Shown here piece after piece: positions 47,998-59,557 of a stretch of 64,000 bases of DNA. Under the pieces are notes generated by a model. The model was not told the origin of the DNA. It ran no database searches and saw nothing but the letters and a program-made list of their open reading frames with translations. The position numbers and the translations under genes were made by a program. The DNA is from Mustelus asterias (Eukaryota), in the NCBI RefSeq assembly GCF_964213995.1, contig NW_027590138.1, positions 744,001-808,000 on the forward strand, read 5' to 3'. Position 1 is the first letter of the stretch. Each line of letters starts with the position of its first letter.

Positions 47998-48672
47998 ATG
48001 GAGAAACCATGGAAATGTGTGAACTGTGGGAAGGGATGCAGAACCCCATCTCAGCTGGAAGCTCATCGGCGCAACCACACTGGGGAGAGGCCGTTCATCT
48101 GCTCTCAGTGTGGGAAGGGATTCACTCAGTCATCCCACCTGCAATCACACCAGCTACGTCACACAGGGGAGAAGCCGTTCACCTGCTCTCAGTGTGGGGA
48201 GGGATTCACTCGGTCAACCAACCTGCAGTCACACCAGCGAGTTCACACTGGGGAGAGACCATTCACCTGCTCTCAGTGTGGGCAGGGATTCATTCAGTTC
48301 TGCAGCCTGCAGACACACCAGCGAGTTCACACTGGAGAGAGGCCATTCACCTGCTCTCAGTGTGGGAAGGGATTCACTCGGTCGTCCCACCTGCAGAGAC
48401 ACCAGCGAGTTCACACTGGGGAGAGGCCATTCACCTGCTCTCAGTGTGGGAAGGGATTCACTCGGTCAACCAACCTGCAGTCACACCAGCGAATTCACAC
48501 TGGGGAGAGACCGTTCACCTGCTCTCAGTGTGGGCAAGAATTCACTCAGTTATGCATCCTGCGGACGCACCAGCAAGTTCACACTGGGGAGAGGCCATTC
48601 ACCTGCTCTCAGTGTGGGAAGGGTTTCAGCGTTTCATCCCAGCTGCTGAGACATCAACAGGTTCACGAGTGA
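47998..48672 (+). CDS. C2H2 zinc-finger protein ZNF-B (8 fingers), inverted paralog of ZNF-A
   Basis: ATG MEKPWKC at 47998 and 8 fingers. N- and C-termini and 3' UTR are near-identical to ZNF-A. Acceptor ttccag/GATATTG near 47647. Confidence 0.9.
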   Translation: MEKPWKCVNCGKGCRTPSQLEAHRRNHTGERPFICSQCGKGFTQSSHLQSHQLRHTGEKPFTCSQCGEGFTRSTNLQSHQRVHTGERPFTCSQCGQGFIQFCSLQTHQRVHTGERPFTCSQCGKGFTRSSHLQRHQRVHTGERPFTCSQCGKGFTRSTNLQSHQRIHTGERPFTCSQCGQEFTQLCILRTHQQVHTGERPFTCSQCGKGFSVSSQLLRHQQVHE

Positions 48673-48910
48673 TGACAGTGGTTGGATTCTGCTGTTATTG
48701 TTTCTGCTCTCAATTACATCCAGGATTGCATTTTGTTCATTCTCACAGTTGGTCAATGGGGAGGGTCGGAGGGTTTCTTTCTGCTGGACTGGCTGGTCTC
48801 AGCCTCCAGTGGGCTGATGCTCTTTGAGTCTTTTTGTGAATACCTGATTTCAAATGTCACAAGGATCACAGAGTGACAGAGTGTTAGGAAGTTTAGAGAT
48901 ATTCAGTCAG

Positions 48911-51900
48911 AAGAAAACAGAGGTTGGCAGTGCAAAGGTACATTTCTGAATGGAGGGCTGTGACAAGTGACATTCCTCAGGGATCAGTGCTGGGACTTTT
49001 GCTGTTTGTAATATATATAAATGATTTGGAGGAAAATGTAACTGCTTTGATTGGTAAGTTTGTGGACGACACAAAGGTTGGTGGATTTGCGGATAGCGAT
49101 GGGGACCGGCAGAGGATACAGCAGGATATAGATCAGTTGGAGACTTGGGCGGAGAGATGGCAGATGAAGTTCAATCCGGAAAAATGTGAGGTAATGCATT
49201 TTGGAAGGTCTAATACAGATGGGAAATATACAGTAAATGGCAGAACCCTGAAGAGTATTCATAGGCAGAGGGATCTGGGTGTACAGGTACACAGGTCATT
49301 GAAAGTGGCAAGGCAGGTGGAGAAGATAATCAAGAAGGCATACGGCATGCTTGCCTTCATCGGCCCGGGTATTGAGTTTAAAAATTGGCAAGTCTTGTTG
49401 CAGCTTTATAGAACCTTAGTTAGACCGCACTTGGAATCTAGTGTTCAATTCTGGTCACCACACTACCAGAAGGATGTGGAGGCTTTGGAGAGGGTACGGA
49501 CAATATTTATCAGGATGTTGCCTGGTGTGGAGGGCATTAGCTATCAGGAGAGGTTGGAGAAACTTGGTTTGTTCTCACTGGAACGACGGAGGTTGAGGAG
49601 GGCGACCTGATGGAAGTCTACAAAATTATGAGGGGCATGGACAGAGTGGATAGTCAGAAGCTTTTTCCCAGGGTGGAAGAGTCAATTACTCGGGGCATGG
49701 GTTTAAGGTGCGAGGGGAACTCCACCAGGCTCGTAAGGCACGATCTGCCCTTGACAAAGCCATGCTGAGTATTCTTGAGCATACTAAACCTCTCTAAATG
49801 CTCATATATCCTGTCCCTCAGGATCTTCGCCATCAGTTTACCAACCACTGAGGTTAGACTCACTGGTCGGTAATTACCTGGGCTATCCCTATTCCCCTTC
49901 TTGAAAATAGGACTAAAACCTCTCAAAAGTTTGAATATCTCTATTAAATCTTTCCTTAACCTTTCCTGCTCTATAGAGTGCAATTCCAGCCTCTCTAATC
50001 TCTCCATATGGATTATCCATCCTGAGGTCCCTACTATCACAGATGCCCATCTTCAGCCAATTCGATTCACTTCAAGGGATATCAATAAACAGCTGAAGGC
50101 AATGGATAAGGAAAAATCCAAACTGGCCAACTGCCCTCCAATGTCTCGAGTCTCGCTCATCAGCAAAATGATGGAAGATGTTGTTGCCAACGGTGCGATC
50201 AAGCAGCATTTATACAGCAATAACCTGCTCACTGATGCTCATTTTGGGTTCCACCGAGGACCACTCACCTCCTGCCTCATTTACAGCCTTTGTCCAAACA
50301 TGGACAAAAGAGTTGAACTGGGTGATGTTGGAGTGATTGCCATTGACGTCAAGGCAGCATTTGACTGTGCGTGGCATCAAGCAACCCAATTAACATTGAA
50401 GTCAATGGGAATCAGGGGGAAACTCTCCACCGGCGAGAGCCACATCCCGCACAGAGGAGGATGATCGCGGTTGTTGGAGGCCAATCATCTCAGCCCCAGG
50501 GTAGTGTCCGAGGCCCATCCATCCTCAGTTGCTCCACCAATGACCCTCCCCCATCATAAAGTCGAAAGCGGAGCTGTTCATTGATAATTGCAGTACTCAT
50601 GACTGAGAATGATACCAGGGATGAGGATTTTTTTTTTATTCTTTCAGGGGATGTGAATGTGACTGGCAAGGCCAACATTCATTGTGCATCACTGATTGCC
50701 CTTGTGAAGAAAGTGAGCCACTTTCTTGAATCGCTGCAATCCATCTGGTGTAGGTATACCCACAACGGTGTTAGGGAGTTCCAGGAATTTGATGCAGTGA
50801 CAGAGAAGGAATGGTGATTGATTTTCAAGTCAGAATGGTGTGTGATGTGGAGTACAATTTGCAGATGGTGGCATTCCCATACGCTGGCTGCACTTGTTTT
50901 TCAAGTGGTAGAAGTTAGGGTTTGGAACATGCTGTGAAAACAGCCTTGGTGATTTCTTGCAGTGCATCTAATCAGTGGGATACACTGCCACCATTGTGGG
51001 CTAATGGTGGAGAGTGAATGTTTAAGGTGGTATTTGAGATGCTGATCAGGCGGGCTACTTTGTCCTGGATAGGATCTACAAAATTGTTGCAGATACACTC
51101 ATCCAGGTAAAGAATATTCCCCCTTACTCCTGATTTATACCTTGTGAATCATGGCAAGCCTTTGGGGAGTCATTAAGTGAGTAACCTGCCACAAAACTCC
51201 CAACCTCTGATCTGCTCTTGTAACCTCAGTATTTAAATGACTGGTCAATGGTAACCCCAAAGTTATTGCTGGTGGGGCATTCACTGATGGTAATGCCATT
51301 GAATATCATGGGAAGATGGTTCGATTTTCTTGCTGGAAATAGATATTTCCTGATAATTATGTGGTGTCAGTATGAATTGACAATCAGCTCCAACCTGAAT
51401 GTTGTCCTGGTCCTGCGCTGCATGCGGGCAGCTTCAGTATTCAGAGTTGTGAATGGTCATATACACTGCAATCATCAGTGAACATCCCCGTTTCCGACCC
51501 TACGGTGGGGAGACGGTAATTAATGAAGCCGCTGAAAATGATTAGGCCCAGGAGACACGAGGAACAACAAAATATATTTATATAGCGCCTGAAAGTAATA
51601 AAACATCCAAGGAGCATTGTAAAATAAAGTATGACATTGAGCCACAAAGAAGATATTTGGTTAGATGACCAAAAGTTTGGTCAAAGTGGTAGATTTTAAG
51701 GGGTGTGTTAAAGGAGTAAAGCGAGGTGGAGAGTTGGAGACGTGTAGGGATGGTATTCCAGAGGTTGGAGCCTAAGCAACTGAAGGTAGAGCTTGCAATG
51801 GTGAAGCAAGGTCAGGGACAAACTAAAGACCAGAATTAGAGTCGTGTAATATATTGAGGGTTGTGGGGCTGATAGGAGATTATAGATATTGGGACAGGCA

Positions 51901-52267
51901 AGGTCATGGAGTGATTTGAAACCAAGGATGAGAATTTTAATGTTAAGTTGTTGCTTTACTGGGTGGATCATCGTGCACAAGGGTGATAGTGGAATAACAC
52001 TTAATGTGAGTTTAAACATGGCCAGCAGAGTTTTAGATGAACCCTGCAGTGACCCTTGCAGTGATGACTGACCTCCAACAACCACAGCCATCATCGTCTG
52101 TACCTGGTATATCCCCAACCGGTGGAGAGATCCCCCCGCCAAACCCCACCGACTCCAACCCTGTGTAGGTCCCTTTCTGCCAAACTCAGTCAAATGATGT
52201 CTTGATGGATTTTCTTTGTTCTTTTTTTTGTTTTCTTTAAAGAAAACAAAATTTTCTTTGTTCTTCG
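48911..52267. mobile_element. Block of nested LINE fragments (CR1 RT 48924-49720 plus, CR1 49720-49910 minus, older RT fragments 50020-51560)
   Basis: PQGSVLG, FVDD, QHGF and DVKAAFD motifs. The block is absent from the paralogous arm at ~36020. Confidence 0.75.
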
Positions 52268-54016
52268 TTCTGTTTGGAACATCCCAAATGCCCATCCAAT
52301 TTCCTTTTTAATTGTTTATTGTCTCCACTTGCTCCACCCTCGTAGGCAGCGAGTTTCAGGTCATTACCATTCGCTGCATCAGAATATTCTTCCTCACATC
52401 TCCCTCCCCCCCCCCCCCCCCTTGCATCTCTGACCCAAAACAAGAAATCTGTGCCCCCCTCGTCCTTGTCCCTTCAGCTAATGGGAACAGCTTTTCTTTG
52501 TCCACCTTATCTAAACCTGTCAGAATCTTGTCCACCTCTATCAAATCTCCCCTCAATCTCCTTTGCTCCAAGGGGAACAACCCGAGACTGACATTGACAA
52601 TAAAGAACAAACTAACGGGATATGTTACTGTCTGAAATCAAATGGGAATGTTTAATTTCTGTTTTAAAGATATTGTGAATATATTGTCCTGGACAATAAA
52701 GGAATCAGCTATAACTGAGCAAGAAGAAGACAGTTTCAATGTGGAATTGAGTGGAATATTCTCTCTGGATTTAAACAATGGAGGAACTACAAACATGGAA
52801 GAAAATAAATTTCAAAATGTGAACTCTGTACAGACTGTTTTCAAAATAGAACTTGAAAATTCACAAATGAACAGCAATGAAGACTCTCCTTTTGCAGGAG
52901 GAACTTTGGACTATAATTATTGTAAGAAGAAAACCGTCAGAAAAGACTGCAAGCAGTAATTTCCATCTTCAGTGGACTGAATTCCTGGACATGGAACCCA
53001 GCAGTGTGCTGTTATCAAGCTGGACTTGTGAATGTCAAGTGGACAATGGAGGGATTATTATGTCTATTGCAGGTTATAAGATAGATCAACATAGGAAAAC
53101 AGTGGATTTAGGAACAGGAGGAGGCCATTTGGCCCTTTGAGCCTGCTCCACCATTCAATAAGATCATGGCTGTTGTTAAGATATACAGCATGTTGTATAT
53201 TGTAATATTCTAAATGGGATATTTTGAAGGTGATACATTTCCATTTCTTCCTGTTTTTGTTACAAAAATCTAATTTTATAATTCCTATGTTTTAGAAATA
53301 TGAATTAGTTGCAAGAATTGCTTTTAAAAAATGGAAAACCTGGATTGAGAATCTGATGAAAACACCCTCAGGGAATTCGCAGTCACAAAGCATGGCCCAT
53401 GTTGGTTTAAGAAGTCAAAACTCGAGAGGTAAGAACTGTAAAAGGTCAGCTGGATCTTTTAGCTGGAGACATTGGGTCTGACGATTATTGTACTGTTTTT
53501 GTTAGGTTAATTCTTCATGCAGACCTCAGGAAAAAGGGTTTAGTTTTGAAGCTAAATATCTGTCAGATATTCCACCTGGTCTCTGTTACCATGGGGATAT
53601 GTGATTCAGGGTGGAGTCTTGGTTAGAATTAGACCATAAGATATAGGAGCAGAATTAGGCTATTCGGCCCATCGAATCTGCTGTGCCATTCGATCATGGC
53701 TGATAAATCTCAATCCCATTCTCCTGCCTTTTCCCCGGAACCTTTGAGTCCTTTCCAATCAATGACCTGGTTTCAGCGGACAGTCTGCAGTCAGCTTGGA
53801 AGCCACCAGTTGTGGGACCAGGAGCTGTGAACCAGCTGTGGGACTAGAAGCCTAGAGGACCGTTGGAAACCAGGGGTGTTTCCAACATTTAAATGCCTCA
53901 GCAAGAATGCAGTGAAGCCCATGTTTAGACTGAGGAGTCCACAGTTTGAGAGCTTAAAGGAAAATTGGAGGCTTGTTTAGTGAAAAGATAATGGATGGAC
54001 TCCCATAAACTCTTGG

Positions 54017-54333
54017 CCTCTTTTTAGGTCAAACCGAATAAACAAACTCAAATTAAGTCAGGACAAAGTAAAAGGGGCAGCTCCCCAAAAGGAGGGGGAA
54101 CAGCCCGAACAAAAATCAAAGTACAAAGGAAACTTAAAAACATCAAATTAAAATGTGATTATCAGGGTCGATAACGCACCCCAACCCCTGCGGTGCCCAG
54201 CGGGCACGGAAGGCATCAACCGTGCCCGTGGACACCGCATGCTCCCTCTCCAGGGACACCTGGCTGTGAATGTAGCCGCAGTAGAGGGGCAGACAGTCAG
54301 GATGGACGGCCCCCTCGATCGCCCGCTGCCTGG
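54017..54333 (-). mobile_element. Tx1-clade (L1-like) LINE 3' end
   Basis: Minus frame RQRAIEGAVHPDCLPLYCGYIHSQVSLEREHAVSTGTVDAFRARWAPQG...NHILI* resembles a Tx1 ORF2 C-terminus. T-rich 3' UTR ends in AAAAAGAG. Confidence 0.7.
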
Positions 54334-55506
54334 GGAGAATATCTGGTGTACTGGGGAGAATTAAAGTGAATTGTGGAGAGCTTTGACATACCTTTGGGAT
54401 GGTCCTAGGACCAGAAGTGAATGAAACTTCAAGATATTGTTATGTATAAAGAAACTCTTGAGGTAAAAAAATAGAACTCGGTTTATATCATAAATCTTTA
54501 TTGAGTGTAGTATTCAATTTGTAGTGTTGTCTTTTTAAATTTTATTTAAACATACAGTAAAGTTTGTTTTTGTTTAAAAATGTGGAATCTTGTGATGTAA
54601 TTCTTTCAGTTAATCACCGGGTGTTCGAATTTCTCTGCAAACGTTAACAGTCCTGACCGGGATCGCAAAAATTCACACAGTGTTTCAAAACAAATCGAAG
54701 AAAAAGATGGTTTTTCTCCTTCAGTCCAAATGTTACACATGAAGAGACCCTCTTCTGGTTTCTCCAATAATTTGTTGCTTTGAGCAATTCTTTTCATGGA
54801 ACAATCAGATAATTGATGACTGAAAATGGAACTAATTGTATCCCTTTAAAGCAGGAGGGCGATCGCCCGGCACAGAGGGGAATTAGGGATTTCTCCCATA
54901 GACCAATTGACAGGGATTCTACCCTCCAACCACCTGAAGTGAATTCTTTACATGAATCATCCGTGCCAGTGCAGTTATCAACTTGCAGTTTGGCTGATCA
55001 GAAAATGCTTTGTTGCTGATTTTCCTTGTGTTAGGAAGTGACAGTGCCAAGGCCAGATCTTGTTTCCTCCTTGATCGGGATGTAACCCGTGTCCACATCG
55101 CCACTTCATTCTTCCACTGGTTGTATGGTTCAGACTCCGAGAGCATCAGCAGGTAATCAGACCCTGACAATTCCCACTGCCTTTCAGTCATTTCTCACAA
55201 AAGCTGCTGGGATTGTAAGCTTCTGTCTGAAATATACTTTCTTTTAGTTTCCAACCTTCACCATTAGACAAGCATTTTCTGTTACCATGTTATAATCCTG
55301 ACAGCCTTGGGGTGGAGTCAATCTTTATTTGGTATAGATTTGTTCACAGAATCAAACATTACAGGTTCAACTCTGACTCCAAGCTATATTAGTGAGTCCC
55401 ACTTTTTACCTGCTCATTATAACTATCTCATCAGTGCCCTCCATCTGAATAAACTTAACCTCTATTGGTATAATTAACAGCCACAGTCAGAGCATCCAAA
55501 AGATCA

Positions 55507-55592
55507 CTAATGGGTGTGACTGCCATGGTGTGTCAGCAGCTTGGGTGAACAAGTGAATCCTTTCCCACACACTGAGCAGGTGAATGGTCTCA
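55507..55592 (-). pseudogene. Single terminal C2H2 finger remnant
   Basis: [25 protein letters not shown]. Confidence 0.65.
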
Positions 55593-56220
55593 GTTTGGAA
55601 ACGAAGGGAAAATAACATTTCAGGCAGAAGCTTCCAATCTGGTAGTTTTTATGAGAAATCGCTGAAAGTGAGTGGGAATTATCAGGGTCTCTTCCCAGTG
55701 TGAATTCCCTAATGTTCCAGTAGGTTGTTTGGTCATCAGGTGAGAAGGAGCAGCGCGCTGAAAGCTCGTGATTCGAAATAAACCTGTTGGACTTTAACCA
55801 GGTGTTGTGAGACGTCTTACTGGGCCCACCCCAGTCCAACACCGGCATCTCCACATCATATGCACCAACACCAGACATATCAATGTTGTTACGATCCTCA
55901 TGGTCACCTTATAATAAACAAATTCCCACAAATCCCAATGGAATAAACAAAGACAATGTTTCATTTTAAAAAATTTTTACTTCAAAAATTAATCTAAAAT
56001 TAACATCACTGAATCATGCATTAAGAAACAGTATTTGAATAGACAGGATAAATTAAACTTTAAAACGCTCAGACAATAAAAACAGGTTCCACAAAATCAC
56101 AAACATTCCCCCCTCAGTATATTTGGCTCTAATTCCAGTTCCAGAGTCCACAACTCTCTGTATTTCCCAGGGGGGGGGAAAGAAAGTGTTTTCCTCACAG
56201 ATGTTGTCCAGAGGAGGAGG

Positions 56221-56423
56221 TTTGAGTCTGTGTGTGAAGTTTGAGTCTGTGGTGAAGTTTGAGTCTGTGTGTGAAGTTTGAGTCTGTGGTGAAGTTTGAG
56301 TCTGTGTGTGAAGTTTGAGTCTGTGTGTGAAGTTGGAGTCTGTGGTGAAGTTTGAGTCTGTGGTGAAGTTTGAGTCTGTGTGTGAAGTTTGAGTCTGTGG
56401 TGAAGTTTGAGTCTGTGGTGAAG
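56221..56423 (+). repeat. Minisatellite, 11 x 18/19 bp
   Basis: TTTGAGTCTGTG(T)GTGAAG units. Confidence 0.95.
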
Positions 56424-56533
56424 CTACAAACAGAAGCTGTTCTGTTTCAAATCAAACTGCGGGACTTGGAAGAAAATGATGGGAAGATTTTGCAAAGTCC
56501 CCTCCCCCACTCCCTCAGCTGGCAGACCAGCGC

Positions 56534-56657
56534 GCAGGCGCAGAGAGCGCTGCTGAGTTGAGCTGTCCGGAGCAGGCGCAGAGAGCGCTGCTGAGCCGAG
56601 CTGTCCGGAGCAGGCGCAGAGAGCGCTGCTGAGCCGAGCTGTCCGGAGCAGGCGCAG
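56534..56657 (+). repeat. GC-rich tandem repeat, ~3.3 x 38 bp
   Basis: GCAGGCGCAGAGAGCGCTGCTGAGCCGAGCTGTCCGGA. Confidence 0.95.
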
Positions 56658-56978
56658 TGCGGCTGCCGCCAGCGGTCGCTCTCGATCTCTTTTTGGAGCC
56701 GCAGCCGCCGTAGAGAGAGGGGGGCGGGGGAGATCACCGAGCGGCTTCTCGCTCTGGCCGGAGCCGCCAGCATGTTGCCTGGAAACCTTGGCTGGAGGAG
56801 GTGCAGGAGGAGGGGAATGGGTGGGGGCGGGGCTCCCGTGTCCGCGCGCCCGGGCCTGCGCACTGAAACCACAGGACGTCACCGCGGAGCAGACTTATTC
56901 TTATTGGCTAATTCACGCGAGGTTCCATTGTGACGTCACAATGCGGAAGTTGGCCAATGAGGTTCAGAGTGAAACTTA

Positions 56979-57064
56979 CTGTTCCCCCTCCTTTTGGGGA
57001 GCTGCCCCCTTTACTTTGGCCTGACTTAATCTGAGTTTGTTTATTTGGTTTGACCTAAAAAGAG
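56979..57064 (+). mobile_element. ~85-bp Tx1 3'-end fragment inserted in a ZNF first exon
   Basis: Reverse complement of 54018-54103. The paralogous exon at 45660-45690 lacks it. Confidence 0.75.
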
Positions 57065-58447
57065 GGCAACATCTGGGAGGAAATCAATGTCTCCCCCTTT
57101 CCATTTCCTTTCTCATTCTGGGGGAAATTGGGGACTTGCAGCAACTGATGGGAAAGGAAGTGAATCCAGGGAGACTGCAGACTCTGAAAACGTTATAGAC
57201 GAACATCGGAATTAGGAGCAAGACTAGGCCCAGGTATCTTTTTCTTTCTCTCACAAGACATTGACATCCTTTAGCTCCCTCACTTTGACATGTTTATATA
57301 TCTGGCTAATAGGATGGCCTCTTACCCAATGTTCATAATTCAAGGGGGAGTTTTCTCAGGAGAGGGCTAACATTTTAATGAACAGTAAATTTGTATGGGA
57401 GAGAGATATGTTTAATGTAGTTACATGGTATATACTATGTTATTTACGATTCCCTATTTCTTGTCTTAAAATATATAGCAGTGTATCAACATTATCTATT
57501 TTCAGTGATGGAAACATTACAACATAGAATAGGCAACTCAGATCCATGCCAACTCTCTGTGGAGCAATTCAGTCAGTCCCATTCCCTCTCTGTATCCCCA
57601 TTCCCCTGTGTTTCACGTCACAATGGAATGGATGAGAGTTCCAAAGGAGCTGAGACTGGAGTAGAGTTGATCAATGGCACTGAGGTGGAAATAGGCGGTC
57701 TTGATGATGATGTGGCAATGTGGCTGGAAGCTCAACTTGGGGTGAAATATTTTACCATGGTTGTGAACAGTTTGCTTCAGCCTCAGACAGTTGCCAGGAA
57801 GAGGGAGAGAGTTGCTGGCGAGGGAGTGGAGTTTGCAGTGGGGACTGAAGACAATGGGTTCAGTCTTCCCAATGTTTATATGAAAGAAATTTCTGTTCTT
57901 TTAGTACTGGACGTCAGACAAGTCAGGGTGGTGTGTGAGTTGGAGGGGAACTTGAAGGTGATGGTGTTCCCATCTAGTTGCTACCCTGGTCCTTCTAGGT
58001 GGGTGGAGGTTGAGGGTTTGGGAAACTTTCTGTCAAAGTTCTAATTGAGTTGTCAATGTACAAAATCCCTCTCCTTCACCCTGACCTCTCCTACTTCTCT
58101 CTATCTTCTCTCTCAGTGTCCAGAGTCTTGTGTCCAGACCGTGTGGCAGATTTCCTGCCCTGAAGGATATCAGTGAACCCGCTGGGTTTTTATGACAATC
58201 CAGCAGTTTTCATGATCACTTTTTCCGAGTGCCAGCCCCACAAATGACCAGATTCATTCAGCTCAATTTCACAAACTGCCTTTGTGTTTTTGTGGGTTCT
58301 CTCTCACTTCCTTTTTTCTGTTTTAAATCAATTTCACAGGGTTTAGAAGAGGAGGATTTGCAGTTGGGAAACTGAAACCAAATATTATATCAAAACCTGA
58401 TGGAGTTAGCCAATTTATTGTAACCTGAATATCATTGTGTTTTGAAC

Positions 58448-59315
58448 ATGGAAGGAAATAGCACCGTTCACAGTGAAGAGAAACTGTACACGTGTTCTGT
58501 GTGTGGACAAGACTTTAACCAATCATCCAGCCTTTCGGAACATAATTGCAGTCGCAACAGGGAGAAGCTGTGGAAATGTGGGGACTGTGGGAAGGGATTC
58601 GATTACCCTTCCCAGCTGGAGATTCATTGGCGCAGTCACAGTGGGGAGAGACCATTCACCTGCTCCCAGTGTGGGAGGGGATTCACTCAGTCAAACAGCT
58701 TACATATACACCAGAGAACTCACACTGAAGAGAGACCATTCAACTGCTCCCAGTGTGGGAAAGGATTCAGTGCCTCATCCCATCTGCTGAAACATCAGCG
58801 AATCCACACTGGGGAAAGGCCGTTCACCTGCTCTGTGTGTGGGAAGGGATTCACTCAGTCTTCCAACCTCGCATTACACCAGCGAATTCACACTGGGGAG
58901 AGGCCATTCACTTGCTCCCAGTGTGGGAAGAGATTTGCTCAGTCAGCCACCCTCTTCACACACCAGCGGATTCACACTGATGAGACCTTTTAAATGTCCA
59001 GACTGTGGGAAATGCTTTAAAAATTCTGTAAATCTGCATTACCATCAACGTGTTCACACTGATGAGAAACCATTCAGGTGCTCTCACTGTGGGACTGGGT
59101 TCAAGCAATCATCTCAACTCACTGTACACCAGCGCACTCACACTGGGGAGAGACCGTTCACCTGCTCCCAATGTGGGAATGGATTTGCTCACTCATCCAC
59201 TCTGCTGACACACCAGCGAATTCACACCAGGGAGAAGCCATTCACTTGTTCCAAGTGTGGAAAGGGATTCAGTCAGTCATCCAATCTGCTGAGACACCAG
59301 CGAGTTCACAAGTAA
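58448..59315 (+). pseudogene. C2H2 ZNF-C, 9 fingers plus 1 degenerate, frameshifted at ~58983
   Basis: ORFs 58442-58993 and 58839-59315 join at HTDE(R)PF, where GAGAGACC has become GAGACC (-2 nt). Confidence 0.8.
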
Positions 59316-59557
59316 CTGTTGTGATTGGATTTTGTTGTTTTCGTGTTCAGACTGAACCATGTACCTTTGGGTCTGTTTCTGCTGAATTGTAAAGTGACTC
59401 CAGCTCTGTTATAGGTGTTGATATAATTGGTCTTAGAAGAGGTGGATTTGGGGTCAGGAAACTTGCACAAAACATCAGATCAGGATTGGATGGAATTGCA
59501 CAATGTATTGTAACCTGAACAGCAGAGAATTTTGAACATGGAAGGAAATAGCACCGT

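Larger units (their letters stand above)
56190..57170. promoter_or_regulatory. Second bidirectional CpG-island ZNF promoter
   Basis: Paralogous to the 45568-46088 unit. Perfect palindrome CATTGTGACGTCACAATG at 56926-56943, plus CCAAT, GC boxes and CGGAAGT. Confidence 0.65.

Noticed and set aside
47931-48827. Long alternative-frame ORFs over ZNF genes (also 36511-37004, 62495-63469)
   Set aside because: Shadow frames of the 84-bp finger repeat.
56221-56423. CRISPR-like appearance of short repeats (also 44144-44280)
   Set aside because: Units are head-to-tail with no unique spacers, the context is eukaryotic, and there are no cas genes. These are minisatellites.
57481-58044. 187-aa ORF upstream of ZNF-C as an effector-domain exon
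   Set aside because: Made of decayed antisense LINE-like and intron sequence that is interrupted in the paralog at 44280-45000. No KRAB, SCAN or BTB features.
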